This document shows positions 19,366 through 30,673 of a stretch of DNA of 64,000 bases, piece after piece. The stretch spans positions 6,560,001 through 6,624,000 of the forward strand of contig CAVTTN010000002.1 of NCBI GenBank assembly GCA_963737655.1, written 5' to 3'. A program made the translations under genes and the position numbers. Below the pieces are notes generated by a model, which searched no databases, was not told where the DNA came from, and worked only from the letters and a program-made list of their open reading frames with translations. The stretch is from an uncultured Planctomycetota bacterium. GTDB taxonomy: Bacteria > Planctomycetota > Planctomycetia > Isosphaerales > Isosphaeraceae. How positions within the stretch are numbered: the first letter of the stretch is position 1; each line of letters opens with the position of its first letter.

Positions 19366-20640
19366 ATGCGCCCCGAGTTCCTCGCGTGCCTCGTCGGTGC
19401 GGCCCTGGCGACGGTCCCCGGCGACGATCCGCCGAAGCCGAGCGGGCTTCCGAAGGTGGAGCTCGGCGATTCCGTCGGGCGGGTCACGAAAGTCGATGCG
19501 GAGAAGGGCGTGATCCTCATGGACTTCGGCCGCTCCAAGGGCGCCGAGGTTGGCATGAGGCTCCGCATCTCGCGGACCCGTCCCGAACTGCCGATGGATG
19601 ACTTCGAACGGTGGGTCAGCCTTGGCCTCGTCGATGTGATTGCCGTCGAAGACGGCCAATGCACGGCCCGGCGGGCCTCCGCGGAGGAAGACGAACAGTT
19701 GAGGGGGCTGGGGCAGCCACCTCGGGAGATCCGGCCTGGGGACGAGGTCGATAGTGCGACGGATGTCGAGTCCTTCCGGCTTTACAAGCTGGCCATCGGC
19801 GACGATCCCGGAGCGGTCCGCAAGCTGGCCGAGGCTCGGCTCCCCCTGGCCCGCTCTCGATTGACGGTCGTTCGGGCCGAGTACGAACTCGGAGTCCTGA
19901 CGATCGATCGGTACCTCGACGCCCATCGGGCGCTGATGGAAGCCGAACGCGATGCGGCGAGCTCACCGGAAGAGGAGGTCGCGGCCCTCCGTCGCTACGT
20001 GGAGGCCCTGACCCGACTGGTCTCGCGGGAGACGGTCATGCACCAGCAGGCGGGCATTGGGGCGCTCGCGAACCTCTCCGATGCCCGACTGGCGCAGCTG
20101 GAAGCCGCGCTCCTCCTGGCCGAGGCCCGACGTCGGGTCGAAGGAGAGAAAGGCCGAGCCGGGAAGGGGCCTGCCGATGCCCCGGCCGGTCCGAAGCCCG
20201 GAAGCCCTGCTCCGCCGCCCCCGCCCGTGAGGGAGGCCGACGCCGGTCCGATCGAGGATCAGCCGTTCTTGATCCTGGAGATCGCCCGGGAAGGCCAGCC
20301 CGACGCGGTGCGTGTGCTCGCCAGGGCGAGGGTCAAGGTCGCCCGCGACCATCTCAAGACGGCCACCGGACTCTATTCCCAGGCATCGCTCGGCTTCGAT
20401 TCCTGGCTCGCCGCCTCAAGACGCTTGATGGATGCCGAATGCGAAGCCTCGACCGACCGGATAGGTGAGTTGGATGCCATCCGAGGTCATATCGTTCGAT
20501 TGTCGCAATTCATCCCGAATCGATTGTGTCGAGGAATGTTGTGCGACTCCTTCCTAGCCTTCGAAGTCGCCGAGGCCCGAAGCGAACAGGCCGCCGCCGC
20601 ATGGAGGCTCGCGAAGGCGAGGCGTCGAGACGCGCCCTGA
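19366..20640 (+). CDS. Secreted hypothetical protein with two duplicated helical (TolC-like) modules
   Basis: Signal peptide; repeated ARLPLAR...Y..G..TIDRYLDAHRALMEAE / ARVKVAR...Y....LGFDSWLAASRRLMDAE. Confidence 0.65.
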   Translation: MRPEFLACLVGAALATVPGDDPPKPSGLPKVELGDSVGRVTKVDAEKGVILMDFGRSKGAEVGMRLRISRTRPELPMDDFERWVSLGLVDVIAVEDGQCTARRASAEEDEQLRGLGQPPREIRPGDEVDSATDVESFRLYKLAIGDDPGAVRKLAEARLPLARSRLTVVRAEYELGVLTIDRYLDAHRALMEAERDAASSPEEEVAALRRYVEALTRLVSRETVMHQQAGIGALANLSDARLAQLEAALLLAEARRRVEGEKGRAGKGPADAPAGPKPGSPAPPPPPVREADAGPIEDQPFLILEIAREGQPDAVRVLARARVKVARDHLKTATGLYSQASLGFDSWLAASRRLMDAECEASTDRIGELDAIRGHIVRLSQFIPNRLCRGMLCDSFLAFEVAEARSEQAAAAWRLAKARRRDAP

Positions 20641-20718
20641 GGCCCTTGCCCGGCCAATTCCGCCGTTCGGCATCGACACGACTCGGTGGAATGCTTTCGA
20701 GCCTAGAGTTCGTCCTCC

Positions 20719-20835
20719 GGGTGGCCCCGGTTCTCGAACCGGGGCGGCCGAGCCGCAAGAGGCCGGGATGATCACGCCCAATCGGTCCGAGCCTCTCGTG
20801 CCTTCGGCACCCCGGTTCAAGAACCGGGGCCACCC
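20719..20835. repeat. REP doublet (REPIN-like)
   Basis: 26-bp inverted copies (one mismatch) of GGGTGG-CCCCGGTT-CTCG-AACCGGGG, each itself palindromic. Confidence 0.75.
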
Positions 20836-21023
20836 CGAGATTCTCCCTCGGCCTTTGAGCTTCAACTTCGAGAGCGACACCTCACACGGGACAAGCTGGG
20901 GCCCGCTCATGCCCTCGGAGAGCGGGTCATCGCTTCCACCAGCGACCCGACCGACCTGGACCGCGACCCGAGCCCGGTAGTCGGGTCGAGGTGCGTTCCC
21001 GGGCCTTCCCTGATCGGCACGCC

Positions 21024-21506
21024 CTAAATCTCCCGGACCTCCATCGGTCTGCCGAGATCACCATCGGCCAGAGCGAGGGCGATGACGGTCCGATGGCACT
21101 TCGCGGGGTCGTCGCAGGCGCAGAGCAGGGCCACCCGCTGGTCGGCCCTCGACACGATCCCGGCGAGCCGATCCAAGCCTCGGTGGACCGGCCATCCGCC
21201 TTCGGCGTCGGCCAGGTGCGATCGGAGGATGGTCATCTCCGGGTCCTGCCTCTGGGGGTTACCCAGCTCGGCGATCCATTCATAGGCGATCCCGGCGTCG
21301 TTGAGGAGGCCGACGATCCCGTTTCGCCCTTCCTGGAGGTTCCACGGTTTCGGACCGTATGGACGGCCGGGGGTGGGGTCGGAGGCGCACGGGTTCAACC
21401 GGGTGTCCACGACCCTGGTGATCCCGTTCGCCTTCAGTGCCGCCACGAGCCGTTCGGCCCGGCTCTTGACTGGCCACTTGCCGTAGCCGACCGTCCAGAT
21501 CGTCAC
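21024..21506 (-). CDS. DUF488 family protein
   Basis: TIWTVGY, VVDTRLNP, YEWIAELG, LLCACDDPAKCHR; GTG start overlaps the upstream stop once the frameshift is repaired. Confidence 0.8.
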   Translation of the reverse strand: MTIWTVGYGKWPVKSRAERLVAALKANGITRVVDTRLNPCASDPTPGRPYGPKPWNLQEGRNGIVGLLNDAGIAYEWIAELGNPQRQDPEMTILRSHLADAEGGWPVHRGLDRLAGIVSRADQRVALLCACDDPAKCHRTVIALALADGDLGRPMEVREI

Positions 21507-22325
21507 CGGGCCCTCTCGGGTCGATACATCCAGGACGTCCCCCAGACCTGCGCCGTCTCCTTCATGAAGAGGAGGCAGTCGAGCCTCGGCGCGGAGGCCG
21601 TAGGTCTCGACGAGGTAGTCGATCAGGGGGAATTCGTAGCGCGCCTGGTGGCAGAAGTACATGTCCCACGGCGGGTAATCGATCTTCTGGAACGAGAGCA
21701 TGCCGCGGTCGTAGTTGTAGCCGCAACTGCCGTCGAGGTCGAAGACGAATTCCTTGGCTTCGGTCACGTCGGCGAAGATCGTCGTGGGCGGCTTCTCCTT
21801 CGTCACGCTGGCCATCTCGGCCGAGAGCATCCCCCGGCAAAGAGGGTCGTCGGCGCGGCATTCCAGGCTGTAGACCTTGCCGTTGTCGATCCGGGTGAAC
21901 TCCGAAACCTGCTTGCGGAAGTGCGAGAACCTCCGGCCGAAGAAGCCGAGGAACTTCGAGGAGGAGTCCGACCTCAGCGTGTAATAGGCCCGGTACTCCT
22001 GGCCGGCCTTGCGGATCTTCGCGCTGATCCGGCAGAGCATGTCGTTGTTGCGGACCGGGGGGATGGGCACCCAGCCCATCCGGCTGACCCAGAAGTCGCA
22101 GGCGCACATGCTGAGCATGCCCAGGCCGGTCGAGCCAATCTCGTCGGGTTCGATCGGCTCGGGTAAGATCCGCCGCAAGTCTTCCAGAGGGACGCGGAAA
22201 TTCACGGTGAACCGCTTGTTCGTGAAGGAATGGACACGGACCGGCTGGTGATAGACCCGGCCCATCCTTTGATGGAGGGTGCGCAGGTCCATCGGGGCGG
22301 CCGGGATGTGAAGGGCGGTGGCCAT
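21503..22325 (-). CDS. DUF2071-like protein (acetoacetate-decarboxylase-like fold); frameshift near 21584
   Basis: RFTVNFRVPLEDLRRILP; true C-terminus LDCLLFMKETAQVWGTSWMYRPERAR* lies in the shifted frame. Confidence 0.65.
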
Positions 22326-22461
22326 CGGCGTTCCTCCCGTCTCTCGAATCCGATCGGGCGAGCCCGAGCAAATCGTCCCGGGCTATCGGCGACTCTATCG
22401 GTGCCGGAGCCACCGGGCAACGGTCCGTTCCGAGCACGACCCGTCCGCCCTCCCGGCGAAA

Positions 22462-22484
22462 ATGTCGATCAACATGATCGAAAT
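22462..22484. promoter_or_regulatory. Putative Rrf2 operator 1
   Basis: atgTCGATcaacatgATCGAaat, palindrome with a 7-nt spacer. Confidence 0.55.
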
Positions 22485-22553
22485 AGGCGTGGGTCTCCCC
22501 TTTTCGGACGATTTTGCCGATCATGGACGGGACGCGGCTTCCTCTCCGATTCA

Positions 22554-22576
22554 ATCTTGACTTGTATGGTCGAAAT
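22554..22576. promoter_or_regulatory. Putative Rrf2 operator 2 overlapping a TTGACT -35
   Basis: atcTTGACttgtatgGTCGAaat resembles the IscR type-1 YYGAC-N7-GTCRR core. Confidence 0.6.
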
Positions 22577-22612
22577 GGAGAAGATTCGTCCATTCGACCG
22601 GGAACGGTGCCG

Positions 22613-23062
22613 ATGAGTGTGTCGTCGAAGTGTTATTACGCGATCCGGGCGGTCTATGCCCTGGCCGAGCGGGGCGGGACGGAGCCGATGAAGATCGCCG
22701 ACATCGCCGAGAGGGAGAAGATCCCGATCCGGTTCCTCGAAGTGATCCTCGGGCAGTTGAAGGGGGGCGGGTTCGTCCAGAGCCGCCGGGGGGCGGAGGG
22801 CGGATACCGCCTGGCGCGCCCGCCCGACGCCATCACCGTCGGCGAGATCATGAGGTACGTCGATGGCCCGATCGCCCCGGTCGATTGCGTGAGCCAGTCC
22901 CGGCCGAAGGAATGCGAATTCCACGGTCATTGCCATTTCTTCGGGTTCTGGGGACGGGTCCGGCAGGCGATCTCCGACGTGGTCGATCGGACCACGTTCG
23001 CCGACCTTCTCCAGGAGAACCAGGATCGTCAGGTGTCGTTCGTGAACGAGTGGTCGATCTAG
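22613..23062 (+). CDS. Rrf2 family transcriptional regulator (CymR/IscR-like)
   Basis: YAIRA, IPIRFLEVILGQLK, SRRGAEGGYRLAR, three C-terminal Cys. Confidence 0.95.
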   Translation: MSVSSKCYYAIRAVYALAERGGTEPMKIADIAEREKIPIRFLEVILGQLKGGGFVQSRRGAEGGYRLARPPDAITVGEIMRYVDGPIAPVDCVSQSRPKECEFHGHCHFFGFWGRVRQAISDVVDRTTFADLLQENQDRQVSFVNEWSI

Positions 23063-23077
23063 GGAGGGAGGCCCGAG

Positions 23078-24093
23078 GTGTCCCGGACCGCCATCGCCGC
23101 CGGCATTCTGGTCGTCGCCAGCCTCGGGTTGAAGTGCGTCCCTCTGCACCGGGCCGAGGATGAGGACGTGGTGACGATCGGCGCCTATTCGGTCGTCCGC
23201 GAGGCGCTGCACGACGGGGTCATGCCCGCCTTCGCCGCGAAATGGCGGAGCGAGACCGGCCGATCGGTCCGGTTCGAGGAGTCGTACAACAGCTCGGCGC
23301 GCAGGCCCGAGCGATCGCCTCGGGGTTCGATGCGGACCTCGCGATCCTCTCGCTGGAAGGGGACATCGACCTGCTCGTGAAGGCGGGAGTCGTTTCGAAG
23401 GATTGGCGGAAGGCGCCGAACGGGGGGATGATCACCCGGAGCCTCGTGGTCATCGGCGTGAGGCCGAGCAATCCGAAGGGGATCGCCGACTGGCCCGACC
23501 TCGCCCGGCCTGGAGTGGGCGTCCTCTACCCCGACCCCAAGACCTCCGGCGGGGCCCGGTGGAACGTCAACGCGATCTACGGCTCGGCCCTGCTGAAGAA
23601 GGGGCCGAGGGCGGCTCGCGAGCTCCTCGGACGAGTCCAGGAGAACGTGATGAACATGGACTCCTCCGGCCGCCAGAGCATGGCCACGTTCGGCCGGGGG
23701 ACCGGGGATGTGGCGGTGACGTATGAGAATGAATTGCTCTTGCAAGCGAAGATGACGGGCCGGGAGGCGCCTTATGTGATCCCACCGGCGACCCTGTTGA
23801 TCGAGGGCCCGGCGGCGATCGTGGATTCGTCGGTGGCGAGGCATGGCAATCGAGCCGTCACGGAGGCGTTCCTGGCGTTCCTCCGGTCGGACGAAGCGCA
23901 GGGCATCCTGAGCGACTACGGGTTCCGGCCCCTCGATCCGCACTCGACGCCCGAACCGTCGGGCCGCAAGCCGTTGCCGCCGAAGCTGTTCACGATGAAG
24001 GACCTCGGCGGCTGGGCGAAGGTCAAGAAGGACGTGTACGACCCGGGCGGCGTCTGGGATTCGCTGTTCGTGAAGCCTCAGGGAGGGAAGTGA
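23078..24093 (+). CDS. sbp: Sulfate ABC transporter substrate-binding protein (frameshift ~23296)
   Basis: SYNSS/GAQARAI, PDPKTSGGARWN, GTGDVAVTYENE. Confidence 0.88.
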
Positions 24094-24095
24094 CG

Positions 24096-24929
24096 ATGTC
24101 CTCGGTCGCCTCAGCCCCGAGACGGACCGCCTCGCCCGCGGGGCTGGCGATCCGGGGGGCCACCCTCGCGTATCTCGGGCTGATGGTCGCGCTGCCCCTG
24201 GCGGTCCTGGCGTGGCGATCGGCCGTGCCGGGTGCCTCGGCGTTCCTCAAGGCGCTTTCCAGCCCGATCGCCGTCCATGCGCTCTGGCTGACGTTCGTCA
24301 CGGCCGCGGTCATGGTCGCGATCAACGTCGTGATGGGGACCGCCACGGCCTGGGTCCTGGTCCGCTATCAGTTCCCGGGAAAAGGGTTCGTCAATGCGAT
24401 GATCGACCTGCCGTTCGCCGTGCCGACCGTCGTCACCGGCGTGATGCTCGTGGCGCTCTACGGGCCGTCGAGCGCCCTCGGGGCGGCGATGGGGCGGTAC
24501 GGGCTCGCGGTGATCTATCGCCAGCCGGGGATCGTCCTGGCCCTCCTGTTCGTGAGCTACCCGTTCGTGGTCCGGGCGGTCCAGCCGGTGCTGCTGGAGA
24601 TGGACCTGGCCGAGGAGGAGGCGGCGGCGACCCTGGGGGCCTCGGGGTGGACCACGTTCCGGAGGGTCACGCTGCCCACCTTGAGGCCGGCGATCCTGAC
24701 CGGGGCGGCCCTCTCGTTCAGCCGGGCCCTCGGGGAATTCGGCAGCGTGGTGATGGTCGCCGGCAACCGGCCGATGGCCACGAAGACGGCCCCGATGTAC
24801 ATCTTCGGCGAGATCGAGAGCGGTCGGACGTATGAGGCGACCGTGGTTTCGACGGTCCTCCTGGCCTGCTCTCTCGGGATCCTGGTCGGGATGAACCTCC
24901 TCCAACGGCGAAGGGAGCCGGGGCGATGA
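24096..24929 (+). CDS. cysT: Sulfate ABC permease CysT
   Basis: AWVLVRYQFPGK, DLPFAVPTVVTG, EEAAATLGA, GEFGSVV. Confidence 0.93.
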   Translation: MSSVASAPRRTASPAGLAIRGATLAYLGLMVALPLAVLAWRSAVPGASAFLKALSSPIAVHALWLTFVTAAVMVAINVVMGTATAWVLVRYQFPGKGFVNAMIDLPFAVPTVVTGVMLVALYGPSSALGAAMGRYGLAVIYRQPGIVLALLFVSYPFVVRAVQPVLLEMDLAEEEAAATLGASGWTTFRRVTLPTLRPAILTGAALSFSRALGEFGSVVMVAGNRPMATKTAPMYIFGEIESGRTYEATVVSTVLLACSLGILVGMNLLQRRREPGR

Positions 24930-25591
24930 GCGAAGGATCGCGGGCCGATGACCCGGGGAGGGGGAGGGCGCTGCGGATCACCGACGCCCTGATCCTGGTG
25001 GCGGCCCTGGGCGTGGGCCTGGCCTGGTCGGCGAACGTCCTCCGGCAGGGGCACCTGGACCCGGACACCTCGGGTTGGGGCTCGCAACGCTATGAATCCT
25101 GGAAGAGCTTCCGGTACGTCGCCTCCGGGCCGGTTCTGGCCGGGCTCTCGCTCGGGGCCCTGGCCCTCCGGCTGAGGCGTCCCCGTCCCGGGCTCGTCGC
25201 GATCGCCCGGCAACCGGGGTTCTGGGCCGGGGTTGCCCCGTGGTTGGTCCTCGTCGCGGCCTATTCGGTCGGGTTCGAGCGCCCTCAGGGTCCCAATCGC
25301 TATGTCCCCTCGGTCGCCCCGGGCGACGTGTCTCGTCACCTGATTGGCCGCTTCTCGCACCCGTTCGATTTCGCCAATTTCGACCCGAACGGGGACTCGG
25401 TCTGCGGCGGGGAGGCGCTCTGCGCGGCCTCCTGGCTGGCCCCGACGGGCCTGGCCGTCCTGACGGCCTGGGTGGCCCTCTGCGGGCTGGGCCTGGCCCG
25501 GCCGGAGAAGGGGGCGATCGACCGGCTCGGCCGGGTCGCGGGGATCCTCTGGATCGCCTTCTATCTCCGGGTCGTCTTCGCCAATTTCTAG
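24926..25591 (+). CDS. Hypothetical membrane protein inserted in the sulfate operon
   Basis: ATGA-coupled to cysT; about 5 hydrophobic segments; [21 protein letters not shown]. Confidence 0.7.
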   Translation: MSEGSRADDPGRGRALRITDALILVAALGVGLAWSANVLRQGHLDPDTSGWGSQRYESWKSFRYVASGPVLAGLSLGALALRLRRPRPGLVAIARQPGFWAGVAPWLVLVAAYSVGFERPQGPNRYVPSVAPGDVSRHLIGRFSHPFDFANFDPNGDSVCGGEALCAASWLAPTGLAVLTAWVALCGLGLARPEKGAIDRLGRVAGILWIAFYLRVVFANF

Positions 25592-25600
25592 GAGGGTCCG

Positions 25601-26473
25601 ATGTCCGTCGCCCTCTCGCCGACCGAGCCGGCCCGACCTCGACTGAACGCTCGGCCCCTCCGCGGCCGGATCGCCCGGGGGTTGCTGATCGGGGTGGTCC
25701 TGGGCTGGTTCGCCTTGCTGATCCTGGTGCCGACGGCCGCCCTGGTCCGCAAGGCCCTGGCCGGCGGGTTCGCCCCGTTCTGGGAGGCCCTCTCGTCGCC
25801 GGAGGCCCGCCGGGCGATCGGCCTGACGCTGTGGATCACCGCGATCGCCACGGTGATCAACACGGTCTTCGGGCTGGCGTTCGCGATGGTCCTCGTCCGC
25901 CACCGGTTCCCGGGCAAGGCGCTGGCCGATGGGATGGTGGACCTGCCGTTCGCCGTGTCTCCCGTGATCGCCGGGTTGATGCTGATCGTCCTGTACGGGC
26001 CGACCGGCCTGTTCGGGCCGGCGATCGAGAGGGCGGGCTTCCGGGTGGTCTATGCCCTGCCCGGGATGGTCCTGGCCAGCCTGTTCGTGACCCTCCCGTT
26101 CGTCGTCCGCGAGGTCGTCCCGGTCCTCCGCGAGTTCGGCGTCGATCAGGAAGAGGTCGCTTATACCCTCGGCGCCGGCCGGTGGACGACGTTCTGGAGG
26201 GTCACCCTCCCCTCGATCCGCTGGGGGCTGGCCTACGGGGTGGCGCTCACGATCGCCCGCTCGCTCGGCGAGTTCGGGGCGCTGCTCGTGGTCTCCGGGA
26301 ACATCCTGGGCCGGACCCAGACGGCCACCCTGTACGTCCACGACCAGATCGAGAGCTTCCGGCCCGAGGGGGCCTATGCGGCGAGCGTGGTTTTGGCCGG
26401 GACGTCGTTCGTCCTGCTGGTGGGGATGGAGGCGGTCCGCAAGCGGGTGGCGGCCCGAGAGGGCAAGGCGTAA
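25601..26473 (+). CDS. cysW: Sulfate ABC permease CysW
   Basis: [32 protein letters not shown]. Confidence 0.93.
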   Translation: MSVALSPTEPARPRLNARPLRGRIARGLLIGVVLGWFALLILVPTAALVRKALAGGFAPFWEALSSPEARRAIGLTLWITAIATVINTVFGLAFAMVLVRHRFPGKALADGMVDLPFAVSPVIAGLMLIVLYGPTGLFGPAIERAGFRVVYALPGMVLASLFVTLPFVVREVVPVLREFGVDQEEVAYTLGAGRWTTFWRVTLPSIRWGLAYGVALTIARSLGEFGALLVVSGNILGRTQTATLYVHDQIESFRPEGAYAASVVLAGTSFVLLVGMEAVRKRVAAREGKA

Positions 26474-26508
26474 AGGCGGCCCTTCCGGCCCCGGACAGGA
26501 GATCCCTC

Positions 26509-27579
26509 GTGGGAATCACGGTCAAGAACCTCTCGAAGCGTTTCGGCGATTTCCACGCCGTCGACGGCGTCTCGTTCGACGTGCCGAGCGGCGAGCTCGT
26601 GGCGTTGCTCGGGCCGTCGGGCTCGGGCAAGAGCACCATCCTGCGGATCATCGCGGGGCTGGAGCCGGCCGATTCGGGGTCGGTCGAGCTCACGGGCGAG
26701 GACGCCACGAACCTGCCCGTGCAGAGGCGAGGCGTCGGGTTCGTCTTCCAGCATTACGCGCTGTTCCGTCACATGACGATCCGCCAGAACATCGCCTTCG
26801 GCCTGGAGATCCAGGGATTGAAGCGCGATGAGGTGAAGGCGAGGGTGGACGAGCTCCTGGAGCTGGTCCAGTTGTCGGGATACGCCGGTCGGTATCCGTC
26901 GCAGCTCTCCGGCGGGCAGAGGCAGAGGGTCGCCCTGGCTCGCGCGCTGGCCCCTCGGCCGAAGGTGCTCCTCCTGGATGAGCCGTTCGGGGCTTTGGAT
27001 TCGAAGGTCCGCGAGGAGCTTCGCGCGTGGCTGAGGAAGCTTCACGACGAGGTCCACGTCACCAGCCTCTTCGTGACCCACGACCAGCAGGAAGCGTTCG
27101 AGGTCTCCGACCAGGTCGTCGTGCTCAACAAGGGGAAAGTTGAGCAGATGGGCCCTCCTCAGGAGCTTTACGAGCACCCGGCCACGCCGTTCGTGACCGA
27201 GTTCCTCGGGACGGTGAACGTTCTGAAGGTGGAGACGGTCCTGGGGATCGACCAGGCCGACGACGAGCGCCCCCTGGCGATGGACATCCACGGCGGCGAC
27301 GGGCCGATGACCATCTACGTCCGCCCCCACGACCTGGACGTGACCCGCCATCGCAACGGCCGACCCGCCTGGCCGGCGACGATCTCGCGGCTGACCCCCC
27401 TGGGAGGAACCGTCCGGCTCGACCTGAACCTGCAGGACGGCACGGCCCTCCTCGTCGAGTTGACGCGCAAGAGGTCCCAGGAGCTCGCCCTGAGCCGGGG
27501 GGACGACGTGTTCGTGTCGCCGAAAGACCTGAAAGTCTTCCACGAATCCGGGGCCTTCGTGGAAAACTATGTTATCTGA
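26509..27579 (+). CDS. cysA: Sulfate ABC ATP-binding protein CysA
   Basis: [33 protein letters not shown]-like C-terminus; GTG start with AGGAG RBS. Confidence 0.95.
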   Translation: MGITVKNLSKRFGDFHAVDGVSFDVPSGELVALLGPSGSGKSTILRIIAGLEPADSGSVELTGEDATNLPVQRRGVGFVFQHYALFRHMTIRQNIAFGLEIQGLKRDEVKARVDELLELVQLSGYAGRYPSQLSGGQRQRVALARALAPRPKVLLLDEPFGALDSKVREELRAWLRKLHDEVHVTSLFVTHDQQEAFEVSDQVVVLNKGKVEQMGPPQELYEHPATPFVTEFLGTVNVLKVETVLGIDQADDERPLAMDIHGGDGPMTIYVRPHDLDVTRHRNGRPAWPATISRLTPLGGTVRLDLNLQDGTALLVELTRKRSQELALSRGDDVFVSPKDLKVFHESGAFVENYVI

Positions 27580-27647
27580 ATAGAATGGGCGGCGCCGGAG
27601 CGGGACGGTCCGAAGCGGGCCCCGCCCCCTCTCGGGAGCCTTCCGCG

Positions 27648-28283
27648 ATGCCCGCCCTCTGGAACACTCATGCCTGGGACGCCATGTTCCGCCTGCCCGA
27701 GGCGATGCCCGTCCTGGAAAAAGTCCTCCGGCCGATCGTCGTCTACGTCTTCCTTGTGATCCTCCTCCGGGTCTTCGGCAAGAGGCAGCTCGCCCAGCTC
27801 AACCCGTTCGACCTCGTGGTGTTGCTCTCGCTGGCCAACACGGTCCAGAACGCGATCATCGGCGAGGATAGCTCGCTCCTGGGAGGGATGATCGGGGCCG
27901 TCTCGCTCTGCGTGGTGAACTACTGCGTGATCCGATTCCTGTTCCGGCACCGCAGCCTCGACCAGATCCTCGAAGGGACGCCGACGGTCCTGATCGACGA
28001 GGGGAAGCTCGTGCCGAGAGGCCTGGCCCGCGAGCTTCTCACGGAGTCCGAGCTCCTCTCGGTGGCCCACCGCCAGGGGTTCGCCTCGCTCGACGAGATC
28101 GAGAGCTGCGTGCTCGAACCCGGAGGGACCTTCTTCATCCAGGGCAAGAAGCCCCGCCTTGGCGAGAGACACCACGGCGAACTCCTGGCACACCTCGAGG
28201 CGCTTTCGAGGCAGGTGGAGGAAATCCGGGCCCTGATCGGGCGGGGGGACAAATTGCGGGCGGAACCTTTTCCCCCGAGTTGA
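27648..28283 (+). CDS. DUF421/YetF family membrane protein
   Basis: GKRQLAQLNPFDLVVLL, EGTPTVLI, VLEPGG. Confidence 0.88.
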   Translation: MPALWNTHAWDAMFRLPEAMPVLEKVLRPIVVYVFLVILLRVFGKRQLAQLNPFDLVVLLSLANTVQNAIIGEDSSLLGGMIGAVSLCVVNYCVIRFLFRHRSLDQILEGTPTVLIDEGKLVPRGLARELLTESELLSVAHRQGFASLDEIESCVLEPGGTFFIQGKKPRLGERHHGELLAHLEALSRQVEEIRALIGRGDKLRAEPFPPS

Positions 28284-28380
28284 AATCCGCCTCGGGTCCA
28301 CATCCGCGGCCGATCGATCGATCGAGGGTCGGGGGTTGCGCCCGACTGCCCCGGGCGACGGAGCGCGTCCTTCCCTCGGA

Positions 28381-28464
28381 ATCCCGACCATCGCCGGCAT
28401 CATCGACCGGCGTATCCTGGTGAATCCTCGCGTCGATCCGGGCGTCCTCGCCGCTGCGTCCTGA
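28381..28464 (+). pseudogene. Remnant of a DUF2071-like gene 5' end
   Basis: IPTIAGIIDRRILVNPRVDPGVLAA* with no start codon. Confidence 0.5.
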
Positions 28465-28602
28465 GTCGGAAGCGGATCGATCACGGTTGGGCCGGGCGCG
28501 ATGGCCTGTCTCGCGGTGCGAACGAGAGGGCGGTGGCAGCCCAGGGGCCCTGAGCCGACACCGCCCGATTTCCTCTTTTCACTCAGGACGACCCAATCCC
28601 GA

Positions 28603-29997
<1,395 letters not shown>

Positions 29998-30198
29998 TCA
30001 GCGGCCGGTCGAGAGCAGGCGGAGCGTCTTGCGTCGTTCCCAGTCGAGCCAGTCGAGCGGCTCGGGCCGGGCCGGCGGCGACGGGGCCATGTTGACAAAA
30101 TGCGACAAGGTCGCACCCAGGGCGCGGGCCGGGGTGGGCTCGTCCGGGGCAATCACGCGGGCCAGAGCCTCCAGGCGAGCCCAGTCGGATTCGGGCAT
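29998..30198 (-). CDS. Small hypothetical protein (66 aa)
   Basis: MPESDWARLEALARVIAP..., coding-like, upstream of ahcY. Confidence 0.45.
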   Translation of the reverse strand: MPESDWARLEALARVIAPDEPTPARALGATLSHFVNMAPSPPARPEPLDWLDWERRKTLRLLSTGR

Positions 30199-30673
30199 CG
30201 CGATGCGCACGGATCGACTGGTCCAGGCTTGTGGCAGAATTGGATGGATGGAGCGGAGGCCCCGATTCTGGTCGGGCGAGCGTCGTCGCCCCAGGCGATC
30301 TCGTTCCATCGATCCTTCTCCCGGCCCGGTTCCACGACTTTGCGAGATGGTACGACGTGCGTACGCACGTGTCAAGGGCCGAGGTCCGATCGCGTCCTGA
30401 TTCTTCAACGTCGCCTGGCATCGGACTTGCTGGGGGACGGTGAGGTCCGCCACGCTCGTGTCACTTCATGAGTATCAGGCCGGTGAATGTAGAGCATGTG
30501 CGAATTGCGCCGGCCAGATCTGAGCAACTAACCAAGCTTGGATATTCCCATTGAAGTGCGCTCCATCGCGTTGCTAGAGTGGGCCGTCCCGGTCGGAATG
30601 CCGGGCCAGGCCGGGAGGTCGGGCCGGCGTGACCGATCGGGGATCAACACCGTTTTCCGGAAGGAGACAGCGC

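Noticed and set aside
20554..21023. Short ORFs between the helical-repeat gene and DUF488
   Set aside because: They run through the REP doublet and have no recognisable motif or RBS.
21024..22325. Apparent 433-aa DUF2071-DUF488 fusion in the ORF track
   Set aside because: Removing one base at GAGGCTC gives a clean DUF2071 C-terminus whose TGA overlaps the DUF488 GTG; the fusion is most likely an artefact.
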